Shown here: positions 8,936 through 17,603 of the stretch, piece after piece | Layout of the letters: each line of letters opens with the position of its first letter | Numbering within the stretch: position 1 is the stretch's first letter | Assembly (NCBI GenBank): GCA_040235515.1 | Contig: JBECKX010000156.1 | Location: 1-30,886 of the forward strand | Origin: Candidatus Zixiibacteriota bacterium | Lineage (GTDB): Bacteria > Zixibacteria > MSB-5A5 > CAIYYT01 | Direction: 5' to 3' | Length of the DNA stretch: 30,886 nucleotides | The notes under the pieces: generated by a model | Told to the model about the DNA's origin: nothing | The model's input: only the letters and a program-made list of their open reading frames with translations | The model's database searches: none | Program-made: the position numbers and the translations under genes

Positions 8936-9982
8936 TCAGAAGCCAAACACCACCTGTCCCAGCAACTCGTCGGCGTCGCCTGAGAGATCGGCCCGATATT
9001 CGCTCCGCACCCGCAGCCCCTCCACCAATCCTCTACCGATTCCGAAACAGACGCGCCCTTGATATCCGTCCTCACCTTCTGGCGCATCACCGCCAAAACC
9101 GGTTGCAACTGCATCGTAGCGAACTACTCCTGTCCACCGCGCGAACGAATACGAGGCCTCCGCATAGAATCCATCAATGCTAAGTCTATTGCCAACCGCC
9201 GGAGTGAACCACTCGACGATATATTCTCCCTCGAAACGAAACCCGCCATCCTCCATAACAATCTCCGCGCCTGCGATCTGAAGGTCGGGTGAGTCGTTGC
9301 GCCCCACAGAAAAAGCATACGATCCACCGATTGCCAGAAACGAAAGCGGGGATGCCACCAATCTGCCGCCGATCGCATAATCAGGCAGCAGGGGAGTGGC
9401 GGATAGATCTTCGTCCGCGACACAGCCGAGACCGTTCACCCCGAATGCGGTCAATTCCAGGAGCTGATTACTCACTCGTATGTAACCACCATAATCATTC
9501 CAGCAATCGTGCAACGATTCCACAACGAGTGGCGTGGAGATCAGGTCGCGGTCGATCGAGGCATAGCGCTGCCAGTCCCGCCCGAACGGTACGTCGAACA
9601 ACCCGCCGCCAACGCAAAGTTCAGAAATACTCCACTGGTCGTCCTGCTGCAGGGCAGGGGAGTAGATGCAGTATTCCGCCATCGCCGTGCCGAGCACAAA
9701 GGAGCCGTCATCATGGGCAATCGCCAACTCGATCGACAATTGCGTACCCGATGTTGCCGAGAGATCGACTTCTGCTTGCCCCAGGTGGAATGTCTGCTCC
9801 TCTGCTGCAGCTCCGCCAATCAACAAGTCTGCAAATCCCGTAATCTCGATCTCTGACAACTCACCGACTAAAGACTCCGAATCGGAATCCTGGGCGTTTA
9901 AGCTATTGCTACCCAACATCATAAGCGGCAGTGCGATCGCGGCGAACTTAATCAGGTTACCTCTATGCCGTAAGCTACTCAT
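8936..9982 (-). CDS. Outer-membrane beta-barrel porin (OprO/OprP-like architecture)
   Basis: GGAGG RBS, Sec signal peptide (…SLNA|QD), amphipathic beta-strands, GLFDVPFG, GFYAEASY, VVRYD motifs, C-terminal Phe (GQVVFGF). Confidence 0.8.
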   Translation of the reverse strand: MSSLRHRGNLIKFAAIALPLMMLGSNSLNAQDSDSESLVGELSEIEITGFADLLIGGAAAEEQTFHLGQAEVDLSATSGTQLSIELAIAHDDGSFVLGTAMAEYCIYSPALQQDDQWSISELCVGGGLFDVPFGRDWQRYASIDRDLISTPLVVESLHDCWNDYGGYIRVSNQLLELTAFGVNGLGCVADEDLSATPLLPDYAIGGRLVASPLSFLAIGGSYAFSVGRNDSPDLQIAGAEIVMEDGGFRFEGEYIVEWFTPAVGNRLSIDGFYAEASYSFARWTGVVRYDAVATGFGGDAPEGEDGYQGRVCFGIGRGLVEGLRVRSEYRADLSGDADELLGQVVFGF

Positions 9983-10027
9983 GAAAACCTCCAGAGTTGA
10001 AAAAGTAAGAGTGGTCTTACAGCTCCA

Positions 10028-10056
10028 AGTTTACTAAAACTAACCTGCTTTGTCGA
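10028..10056 (-). promoter_or_regulatory. Sigma70-type promoter for the porin
   Basis: - strand TCGACA-N17-TAAACT, ~45 nt upstream of the porin start. Confidence 0.5.
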
Positions 10057-10062
10057 CTAAAT

Positions 10063-10080
10063 TTGTTAATTTTTTCACAT
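10063..10080. promoter_or_regulatory. Rex-like (or CRP/FNR-family) operator
   Basis: TTGTTAA-TTTT-TTCACAT vs Rex consensus TTGTGAA-N4-TTCACAA (2 mismatches). Also reads TGTTA-N6-TCACA. Confidence 0.55.
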
Positions 10081-10224
10081 AATTTTCTGGGGTTCAGGCA
10101 GGGAGCTTCAATGTCGAGTTTCCCCGGCAGGGAAACTGCCACGATCAGCGCAACGGTGGGGTGCTGGTAAACTCGCCAATTCCTCTAGGCTGCTTCACGG
10201 TAACAGCTTATACAGCGATTCAAT

Positions 10225-10253
10225 TCAAGTCAACACGATCCATCTCCGATACT
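10225..10253 (+). promoter_or_regulatory. Sigma28 (FliA) promoter for the small Cys-rich ORF
   Basis: TCAAG-N16-CCGATACT, identical in motif and spacing to the promoter upstream of fliC (24439-24467). Confidence 0.7.
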
Positions 10254-10266
10254 TTCAATAGGCCTC

Positions 10267-10500
10267 ATGACAGGCCCACTTTACTGGATGGTGTCGATGG
10301 TTGAGAAGAAACCAAGAATCAAGTGCTTTTATACGGACGTCTGTTATCTGGCTGAGGCGCTCAAGTGCTATGGCTATAAGACAGATTGCGTCCTCTATAC
10401 GCCGATGACCGATCACAGCGCAACCATCGAGGAGTTCCACCGAGCGATCAATGAGTTGATCAGTCGGACGCAGAAGAGCGAGCAGGCGGCTGCCGGGTAG
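10267..10500 (+). CDS. Small hypothetical protein with C-x5-C-x7-C-x6-C motif (start may be 10288 or 10297)
   Basis: Main + strand ORF in this gap, directly downstream of a sigma28-like promoter; four Cys followed by an amphipathic helix (TIEEFHRAINELISR). Confidence 0.62.
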   Translation: MTGPLYWMVSMVEKKPRIKCFYTDVCYLAEALKCYGYKTDCVLYTPMTDHSATIEEFHRAINELISRTQKSEQAAAG

Positions 10501-10635
10501 CCCCGTACCAGGTCGAATCCAGTAAATTTATATCCTCAGACTCGGAAAGTTTTTCTCCAAAGCAACTCCCCAACAACTACTCGAATCGCTGTAACCCCCA
10601 ACTCCATAATCAGTTAGAGATTCCGCATCAGAGTT

Positions 10636-10651
10636 TGGCAAGGCCCTTGCT
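10636..10651 (+). promoter_or_regulatory. Sigma54 (-24/-12) promoter for the flgF operon
   Basis: TGGCAAGGCCCTTGCT = GG-N10-GC, close to TGGCAC-N5-TTGC; AGGAG RBS and flgF ATG follow. Confidence 0.8.
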
Positions 10652-10673
10652 TTAACAGGAGCAGGAGAATGCC

Positions 10674-11399
10674 ATGATTAAAGGAATTTTCAACACAGCA
10701 GCCTCGATGGTACCCCGCGAACGGAAGCAGGAGATCATCGCCAACAATTTGGCCAACTCAGAAAGCGCTGGATTCAAGAAGGACTCGCTCTTCCTGCGCG
10801 TCTTCAAGGACACCAAGCTGACCGGCAGCCAACTCGGACCGTCGTGGGAGGTCAAAATGATCGATAAAGTCTATACCAGCTTTACACCCGGCTCACTCGA
10901 ACGCACCGGTCGTGACCTTGATGTCGCTTTGCAGGGTGACGGCTTCTTTGTGATTCAGACGCCACAGGGGGAAGCGTACACTCGCAACGGCGCTTTCACC
11001 ATCGCACCCGATGGCACCCTGATGAATTCCGACAACATGCCGGTTCTGACAGACTCCGGTCCGGTTACGCTCCAGGGCGGTAACGTCACTATTGGCGTCG
11101 ATGGCCAGATTTCGGTCGATTCCACGCCGATCGCCACGCTGCGAGTCGTTGACTTCGAAGACCACAACCAACTGAAGAAAACCGGTGATGGGCTTTTTGT
11201 CCCCGAAGCGGGAGTTCAGCCGATCGCCCTTACATCGCCCGAAGTCCACCAGGGTTACCTGGAACGTTCGAATGTCGACGTGCTCCGCGAGATGGTGGAT
11301 ATGATCGAGACTTACCGCAGTTTCGAGACCGGGCAGAAAATGATCCATATCCAGGACGAGACACTTGCCAAAGCCGTGAACGAGCTGGGCAAGTCTTAA
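10674..11399 (+). CDS. flgF: Flagellar basal-body rod protein FlgF
   Basis: IANNLAN..GFKKD, TGRDLDVALQGDGFF, YTRNG, QGYLERSNVD motifs; precedes flgG. Confidence 0.92.
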   Translation: MIKGIFNTAASMVPRERKQEIIANNLANSESAGFKKDSLFLRVFKDTKLTGSQLGPSWEVKMIDKVYTSFTPGSLERTGRDLDVALQGDGFFVIQTPQGEAYTRNGAFTIAPDGTLMNSDNMPVLTDSGPVTLQGGNVTIGVDGQISVDSTPIATLRVVDFEDHNQLKKTGDGLFVPEAGVQPIALTSPEVHQGYLERSNVDVLREMVDMIETYRSFETGQKMIHIQDETLAKAVNELGKS

Positions 11400-11439
11400 T
11401 GCTCTATCGAGGAACAGCAGGCAGAAGGAGTAACGATAA

Positions 11440-12228
11440 ATGATCCGTTCACTCAGAACAGCATCTTCAGGGATGCAGGCACAACAACTCAACGTTGACA
11501 ACATCGCCAACAACCTGGCCAACGTCAATACGACCGGCTTCAAGAAGGCAAAAGTTGAGTTCCAGGACATCATGTATCAATCGCTCCGCAGTCCCGGAAT
11601 CACGGCCGCTTCTGGATCAACGATTCCAACCGCACTCGACGTCGGCTATGGCAGCCGCCCGGTGGCAACCACCCGCCAGTTTTCGGTAGGGGAGTTGCAG
11701 CAGACCGAGGCGCCGCTCGACATGGCGATCGAAGGCGACGGTTTCTTCCAGGTGCTGCAGCCGGACGGCACAATCGCCTATACCAGGGATGGTAGTTTCA
11801 AGCTGTCCTCCGACGGACAGTTTACCACCTCCGATGGCTACTACATGGAACCCGGAATCACGATTCCGGAGGATGCTCAGTCGATTGCAATCGGCACCGA
11901 CGGCACGGTCTCCGTGATCGTCGCCGGCTCCAACGACCCGCAGGAAGTTGGCCAGATCGAACTGGCTCGCTTCATCAATCCCGCCGGTCTCTCGGCGATA
12001 GGGCACAACCTTTACGAAGAAACTCCGGCCTCTGGCGCCGCCATCGTCGGCACGCCTGATTCCGATGGCCTGGGACGCGTTACGCAGGGTTACCTCGAAA
12101 TGTCAAACGTTGATGTGGTTACCGAGATGGTCAACATGATCGTCGCGCAGCGCGCCTACGAGATCAACTCGAAAATGATCCAGACCGCCGACGATATGAG
12201 CAGTCTGGTCAACAACCTCAAGAGATAA
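11440..12228 (+). CDS. flgG: Flagellar distal rod protein FlgG
   Basis: 262 aa; GMQAQQ..IANNLANVNTTGFKK..FQDIMYQ and EMVNMIVAQRAYEINSK motifs. Confidence 0.98.
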   Translation: MIRSLRTASSGMQAQQLNVDNIANNLANVNTTGFKKAKVEFQDIMYQSLRSPGITAASGSTIPTALDVGYGSRPVATTRQFSVGELQQTEAPLDMAIEGDGFFQVLQPDGTIAYTRDGSFKLSSDGQFTTSDGYYMEPGITIPEDAQSIAIGTDGTVSVIVAGSNDPQEVGQIELARFINPAGLSAIGHNLYEETPASGAAIVGTPDSDGLGRVTQGYLEMSNVDVVTEMVNMIVAQRAYEINSKMIQTADDMSSLVNNLKR

Positions 12229-12242
12229 GAGCAGACGATAAA

Positions 12243-12959
12243 ATGACCAAGCTCTCCAATCTCATCAGCAGCCTGACCGGCACGATTCTGACGACAATGT
12301 TGTGGTTAATGCTGGCGCCGGTGGACACCACTCTAGCCACCGGCTCGCTGGCCGTGGACATCGAAGCGAAACTGCGCGAGATGCTTCCCGACAACCACTT
12401 CGAGTATATAATCACGATTCCCCAGCTCAGCACGTCACTACCAACCGAGTATGACTCCCTCGCGGTTCAACTGCAGGGGGACAATCACCCGATCGGAAAC
12501 TGCTGGGTTAAGCTCTATTTCTATCAGGGCGGCCGGGTGGCCAACACCGGTAACGCCGGCGTTCAGGTGCAGTGGTTTCAGCCGGTGCGCATCGCTGCAC
12601 AGACAATCAAGCGTGGCGACCCGCTCAGCAAGGATATGTTCGCCGTCGTTCAGCGTGAGCTCAAGACGCTGGCTGACCCGCCTATGGCCGTCGACGCCGA
12701 CCTCAATGGACTGCAGGCCTCGCGTACGATTCGCGAGGGTACCACGCTGACCGAATCGCTGGTGCAGCCGGAGCAGGTGGTCGATCGCGGTGATCGCGTT
12801 ACGATCGTCTACGATAACGGCTCGCTCTTCATCACAGCGCTCGGTGAAGCTCGTGAACCCGGCAGCCGAGGACAAGTAATCCGCGTCCGCAATATCTCAA
12901 CGAAAAAAACTATTTATGCCGAGGTGCAGGATGACCAGTCAGTCAAAGTCGTCAAGTAG
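12243..12959 (+). CDS. flgA: P-ring formation chaperone FlgA
   Basis: Signal peptide, SAF-like region, VDRGDRV...GEAREPG..GQVIRVRN..TKK motif; flgG-A-H-I synteny. Confidence 0.92.
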   Translation: MTKLSNLISSLTGTILTTMLWLMLAPVDTTLATGSLAVDIEAKLREMLPDNHFEYIITIPQLSTSLPTEYDSLAVQLQGDNHPIGNCWVKLYFYQGGRVANTGNAGVQVQWFQPVRIAAQTIKRGDPLSKDMFAVVQRELKTLADPPMAVDADLNGLQASRTIREGTTLTESLVQPEQVVDRGDRVTIVYDNGSLFITALGEAREPGSRGQVIRVRNISTKKTIYAEVQDDQSVKVVK

Positions 12960-13545
12960 GCTAATCGCCTGGACCTCTATTCTGATTTCCCTGCCGCTGT
13001 TGCTTGCGGCCCCGAAATCTCTCTTCGCCCAGATCGTCGGACCGGGCGGCTCGATGTTTACCGACATCAAGGCGCATCGCGTCGGTGATCTGCTTACCGT
13101 GCTGATCTATGAGAACGCCGAAGCTTCCAACGAATCAGCCCAGAAAACCGAGGAAAAGGCCGATGGTTCAACCGCCAGTTCCGGCGGTCTCGGACCCCTC
13201 AATTTCATTCCGCTGTTCGGTGCCGACTACCAGGCCGACAACAGCTACGATGGTAAAGGAACTAACTCCCGCAAGGGTTCTCTTCGTGCGCGCATGACAG
13301 TGGAAGTCGTCGCTGTGAGAAATAATGGTGACCTGGTCATCTCAGGCACGCGTGTGATCTCGATCAATACCGAAGATGAAACGATGACCCTGTCAGGAAT
13401 CGTCCGCGCCGTGGACGTCGCCCCTGACAACACGGTCGAATCGTCATCCATAGGTAACGCCAGGATCGAGTACACGGGCAAGGGACCTGTCGCCAATGGC
13501 TCCAAACCGGGATTGGTCAGCAGAATCCTTAACTGGATTTTCTAA
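12931..13545 (+). CDS. flgH: Flagellar L-ring protein FlgH (no lipobox Cys)
   Basis: MFTDIKAHRVGDLLTVLI, NGDLVISG, LSGIVRAVDV..DNTVESSSIGNARIEYTGKG, PGLVSRILNWIF. Start at 12931 follows GAGGTG. Confidence 0.93.
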   Translation: MTSQSKSSSRLIAWTSILISLPLLLAAPKSLFAQIVGPGGSMFTDIKAHRVGDLLTVLIYENAEASNESAQKTEEKADGSTASSGGLGPLNFIPLFGADYQADNSYDGKGTNSRKGSLRARMTVEVVAVRNNGDLVISGTRVISINTEDETMTLSGIVRAVDVAPDNTVESSSIGNARIEYTGKGPVANGSKPGLVSRILNWIF

Positions 13546-13633
13546 ACAACAGGATCGCCGGGTCTGCGCCCGTCGGTCGGAGTGGACGTTTGCAAGTCTT
13601 TAGGCGAAAGGCCATAGGAAGGAAGGCAGCAAA

Positions 13634-14752
13634 ATGAAACTGGTGCGCATCATCATCGCAGCACTCTTGATCTTTGTACTGGTGAACATCCTGTCGCTCA
13701 TGGAAGCGAAAGCCGATGTTCGCATCAAAGACATCGCACGCATAAGCCAGACCGGCGAGTTAGACCTCGTCGGTTATGGTCTGGTGATCGGCCTGGCCGG
13801 CACAGGTGATGGAAACGGCGCGCAGTTCACCGTCCAGTCTGTCGCAAACATGCTTCAGCGCATGGGCGTGACCGTTCCCAAAGAGAAAATAAAAGTCAAG
13901 AACGTTGCCGCCGTCATGGTTACCGGTAAGCTGCCCAGCAGCGTATCGATCGGCGACAAGATAGATGTCACCGTCTCCTCCATCGGAGATGCCTCCACAC
14001 TCGAGGGCGGCACACTGATCCTCACACCTCTAACCGACCGCAACGGCATTATCTATGGTTACGCCCAGGGATCCGTCTCGATCGGCGGTTTCAACGTGCA
14101 GGTAGGGGAGAACAAGATCGTCAGCAACTACACGCTCGTGGGGCGCGTGCCTAATGGCGCCAATATCGAAAGGGTTCCTCTGAGCCCGATGGATGATCCG
14201 CGCGCGGTCAAGCTGTCCCTTTATAATCCAGACTACACCACGGTCGAACGGGTGAAGGATGCCATCAATGAAGCATACCCCTCTTCCGCCACCACCGTGA
14301 ACGACGGCTCGATTAGCCTGATGGTCCCGGAAGGGATGGCCGACGGTAACGGCAGAGTCGAATTCATCGCCTCCATCGAAAACCTTCTGGTCAAGCCCGA
14401 TAATCGCGCCCGCGTGGTGATCAACGAGAAGACCGGCACAATCGTCGCGGGCGCCAACGTTACCATCGCCCCGATTGCGCTCGCGCATGGAAACATCACG
14501 GTCGAGATTAAGTCATATCCGGTCATCTCGCAACCCGGTCCCTTCTCAGACGGTACCACGGTGGAAACGACCGACAACTATATCAATGTCAGTGAAGAAG
14601 CCGCTCGCGTGGTTTACTTCCAGGAACGCACCGATATCTCCGAAATCGCCTCTGCGCTCAACGCGATTGGCGCATCCCCGCGCGATATCATCGCGATCTT
14701 CCAGGCTATCAAGCAAGCGGGTGCACTGCGCGCTGAATTGATCGTGCTCTAA
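13634..14752 (+). CDS. flgI: Flagellar P-ring protein FlgI
   Basis: RIKDI, LVGYGLVIGLAGTGD, KNVAAVMVT, GDASTLEGGTL, VVINEKTGTIV, QAIKQAGALRAEL motifs. Confidence 0.98.
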   Translation: MKLVRIIIAALLIFVLVNILSLMEAKADVRIKDIARISQTGELDLVGYGLVIGLAGTGDGNGAQFTVQSVANMLQRMGVTVPKEKIKVKNVAAVMVTGKLPSSVSIGDKIDVTVSSIGDASTLEGGTLILTPLTDRNGIIYGYAQGSVSIGGFNVQVGENKIVSNYTLVGRVPNGANIERVPLSPMDDPRAVKLSLYNPDYTTVERVKDAINEAYPSSATTVNDGSISLMVPEGMADGNGRVEFIASIENLLVKPDNRARVVINEKTGTIVAGANVTIAPIALAHGNITVEIKSYPVISQPGPFSDGTTVETTDNYINVSEEAARVVYFQERTDISEIASALNAIGASPRDIIAIFQAIKQAGALRAELIVL

Positions 14753-14762
14753 AGAGGGAGCC

Positions 14763-15569
14763 ATGATCAAGTTCACTCCCGACACAGCCACAAAGCCGAT
14801 CGAACCGGCAAAATCACAACCCAACGAGAAAGCCGCTCAACGCCTCAAGCTCAAGCACGCGACCGAAGCGTTCGAATCGATATTCATTGCGCAGATGCTC
14901 AAGAGCATGCGCAGTTCGGCGCTCAATCCGGACTCCGAAGATGGCTTCGGCAAGGACGTCATGCTCTCCATGGCCGATGAAAGCGTCTCGAATCAGCTCG
15001 CCAAATCAGGCATGCTGGGAGTAGGGGACATCCTCTACGAACACCTGCTGCACAAGCTGGAGCTGGAGGAAGCGATGCGTCAGTCGGACGGCAGCGGGGT
15101 GTCTGATCTGAAAGTCCCCCACTACATTCCGAGGGTAGTGTCGCTGGCGCCCGACGCGACTGAAGTCGCCGGCGAAGCGGGTCACTGGAAAACGCGGTTC
15201 CGCCCGGCTATCGAGCAGGCCGCCCGCAGCAGCGAACTTCCCGCCAGGTTGATTGAAGCAGTTATTTCAGCGGAATCGGGAGGAAATCCCGGCGCCGTTT
15301 CACGTAAGGGTGCGCTCGGTCTGATGCAGTTGATGCGTGACACGGCGACCGCGGTGGGGGTAAGCGACCCGCTCGATCCAGTCCAGAACATCGCCGGCGG
15401 TGCGAAGTATCTCCGCCGGATGCTCGATCGCTTCGGCGATCTGCCGACCGCACTGGCAGCCTATAACGCCGGACCGACAGCCGTCGAACGGCATGGGGGT
15501 ATGCCACCCTATTCCGAGACACGAGCTTATGTCGAACGCATAATGAAAGAGATTTCCGACGTCGAGTAG
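14763..15569 (+). CDS. flgJ: FlgJ rod-binding domain fused to an SLT/GH23 lytic transglycosylase
   Basis: N-terminal LKHATEAFESIFIAQMLKSMR...LGVGDILYEHL (rod-binding). C-terminal AVISAESGGNPGAVSRKGALGLMQLM, ALAAYNAG, PPYSETRAYV (SLT motifs). Confidence 0.9.
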   Translation: MIKFTPDTATKPIEPAKSQPNEKAAQRLKLKHATEAFESIFIAQMLKSMRSSALNPDSEDGFGKDVMLSMADESVSNQLAKSGMLGVGDILYEHLLHKLELEEAMRQSDGSGVSDLKVPHYIPRVVSLAPDATEVAGEAGHWKTRFRPAIEQAARSSELPARLIEAVISAESGGNPGAVSRKGALGLMQLMRDTATAVGVSDPLDPVQNIAGGAKYLRRMLDRFGDLPTALAAYNAGPTAVERHGGMPPYSETRAYVERIMKEISDVE

Positions 15570-15570
15570 G

Positions 15571-15598
15571 TTAATGAATTGCCTCACTGTTCCGAAAT
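15571..15598 (+). promoter_or_regulatory. Possible internal sigma28 promoter for flgN-flgK and downstream genes
   Basis: TTAA-N16-TCCGAAAT, same spacing as the two better sites, with a degenerate -10 and -35. Confidence 0.35.
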
Positions 15599-15620
15599 AG
15601 AAAGTAAGAGAGGAGCCACT

Positions 15621-16124
15621 TTGGAACAGAAGATTTTACAACTGATCAAGCTGATAGGGGAAGAGGTAGTTATCTTTCACACATTCCTTGACTATCTCAA
15701 TCAGCAGCAGGAAGCACTGGTGGCTAATGACATCGAGGCGCTCGAGCAAGTCACTGCGCAACAAGAGGAACTCGCGCAGAAAACGACCGATATCGAACAG
15801 CAGCGCCGCAACCTGGTCGCTGATATCTCAGTCGATCTGAATCGCAACCAGGATGACCTCAATCTGACCGAGTTGATGAAGCTCGTCAATGCCCAGCAGT
15901 CAGAGGAACTCCACGCATTGCAGGAGACTCTGCTCAACCTGCACACGCAGATCAGCGAACAGAAAACGCAAAACGACTTTCTGATTCGCAAATCGATGGA
16001 GTACCTCAACTCCGCAATGGTGCAGCTTGGCTTGAGTCCTTCATCCCAGTCGCAAGGCTATTCACCCGAACCGAAGCTGCCGCGCAAGACAAGATCGACT
16101 GCGCTGGTGGATAGAACGGCGTAA
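15621..16124 (+). CDS. flgN: Flagellar export chaperone FlgN
   Basis: TTG start after AGGAG; QQEALVANDIEALEQVT..E and NDFLIRKSMEY pattern; directly before flgK. Confidence 0.85.
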   Translation: MEQKILQLIKLIGEEVVIFHTFLDYLNQQQEALVANDIEALEQVTAQQEELAQKTTDIEQQRRNLVADISVDLNRNQDDLNLTELMKLVNAQQSEELHALQETLLNLHTQISEQKTQNDFLIRKSMEYLNSAMVQLGLSPSSQSQGYSPEPKLPRKTRSTALVDRTA

Positions 16125-16139
16125 CGGGAGGACATAGGA

Positions 16140-17522
16140 ATGTCAGGACTATTTTTTGGTTTGGAAGTTGGAAAGCGAGCCCTGCTCGCCCAACAGCTGG
16201 CCATGAACACCAGCGGTCACAATATCGCGAATGCTTCAACGCCCGGCTACAGCCGTCAGCGAGTAAGCCTCAACGCCACGAACCCGATTGTCTACGCCTA
16301 CGGCGCAATGGGTACCGGCGTTATCGTCGACAACGTCACGCACGTGCGTGATCTCTTCCTCGGAAATCAGTGGCGCCAGGACAACAGCCAGTTGAGCTAT
16401 TGGTCCACGGCAAACAAATCACTCTCCCAGATTGAAAACTACTTCAACGAACCGGGCGACACCGGACTTAACCAGTTGATCACCGACTTCTGGAACTCAT
16501 GGGAGAACCTCTCGACCAATCCCTCGGCGCGTACCGCCGTGGTTGAGAAAGCCAATGTGATGGTCAACGCCTTCCATGAGCACGCCGCCCAGCTCGAGGA
16601 TATGCGCACCAACCTGGATGACGATATCCGAAACCGCGTTGAACAAATCAATCTCCTGGCCGAGCAGATTGCCGGTCTCAACAAGGAAATCGCCCGCACC
16701 GAACTGACCGGGACGATGGCCAACGACATGCGTGATCGGCGTGATCTGCTGGTGGACCAGCTGTCCAACTACGCCGACGTCAAGATATATCAGCGCAACA
16801 ACGGCGCCGTGGCCGTCCACCTGGGGTCGATGGCGCTGGTGGATGGTGCGAGTCATATGTCACTCGCGACCAAGACCGTCTCGGACGGCAGCCGCACGAT
16901 CACCAAAACGATCTGGCAGGGTACCGACTTCGAAGTGAAATTCGAGGGTGGTGAACTCTATGCGCTCCAACAGTTGCGTGACAAAGTAGTCCCGCAATTC
17001 CAGAAAGATCTCGATCAACTCGCCGCGACGATAGCTACCCAGGTCAATGCGATTCATGTCGCCGGCTACGATGAGTACGCCAACCCCGGTGTGAATTTCT
17101 TTGATCCGAATGGCACCACGGCAAGCTCGATGGCGATCAATCCCGACCTGATCGATGACGCCGGATTGGTGGCGGCTTCACTCTCAGGCGAACCCGGTGA
17201 TACACGCAATGCCCAGGCAATCAGCGAACTGCGATACGCCCGCGTGATGTCATCCGGTTCGTTGACCATCAACGAATTCTATGCCGGGTTTGTCGCCAAT
17301 GTCGGAATCAGGAGCAAAGAATCAGAAGATCTCGCAGCTAACTACACCCTGCTGACGACACAGCTTGAGAATGCCAAGCAGTCGATCCAGGGTGTCTCGA
17401 TAGATGAAGAAATGACAAACATGATCAAGAACCAGCGTGCCTACGAGGCCGCTGCGCGTGTGATCACGTTCGTGGACTCCGCGCTGGAAACAGTTATCAG
17501 CGGAATGGGAATCACCCGTTAG
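16140..17522 (+). CDS. flgK: Hook-associated protein FlgK
   Basis: GHNIANASTPGYSRQRV, NDMRDRRDLLVDQLS, GVSIDEEMTNMIKNQRAYEAAARVI motifs. Confidence 0.97.
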   Translation: MSGLFFGLEVGKRALLAQQLAMNTSGHNIANASTPGYSRQRVSLNATNPIVYAYGAMGTGVIVDNVTHVRDLFLGNQWRQDNSQLSYWSTANKSLSQIENYFNEPGDTGLNQLITDFWNSWENLSTNPSARTAVVEKANVMVNAFHEHAAQLEDMRTNLDDDIRNRVEQINLLAEQIAGLNKEIARTELTGTMANDMRDRRDLLVDQLSNYADVKIYQRNNGAVAVHLGSMALVDGASHMSLATKTVSDGSRTITKTIWQGTDFEVKFEGGELYALQQLRDKVVPQFQKDLDQLAATIATQVNAIHVAGYDEYANPGVNFFDPNGTTASSMAINPDLIDDAGLVAASLSGEPGDTRNAQAISELRYARVMSSGSLTINEFYAGFVANVGIRSKESEDLAANYTLLTTQLENAKQSIQGVSIDEEMTNMIKNQRAYEAAARVITFVDSALETVISGMGITR

Positions 17523-17589
17523 GGTTGGCCATAACACGACCGGTAGTTAACAGGGAAGCAGCACAGGCCATGAGCGGCCAGTAACATAA

Positions 17590-17602
17590 CCACGGAGGGT
17601 GG
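17590..17602 (+). promoter_or_regulatory. Candidate CsrA autoregulatory site (GGA loop over the csrA SD)
   Basis: CCAC-GGAGG-GTGG hairpin containing ACGGA just before the GTG start; a second AGGGA at ~17552. Confidence 0.45.
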
Positions 17603-17603
17603 G

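Noticed and set aside
8812..9843. Plus-strand ORFs of 123 and 184 aa overlapping the porin
   Set aside because: Arg/Pro-rich shadow frames antisense to a well-supported gene.
10081..10210. Cobalamin or metal riboswitch upstream of the porin
   Set aside because: Only one hairpin (AGTTTCCC-CGGCA-GGGAAACT), no B12 box recognised, and it lies upstream of the predicted porin promoter.
5353..10620. Mobile element or genomic island
   Set aside because: No transposase, integrase, tRNA target, direct or terminal repeats, or obvious compositional shift in the coding parts.
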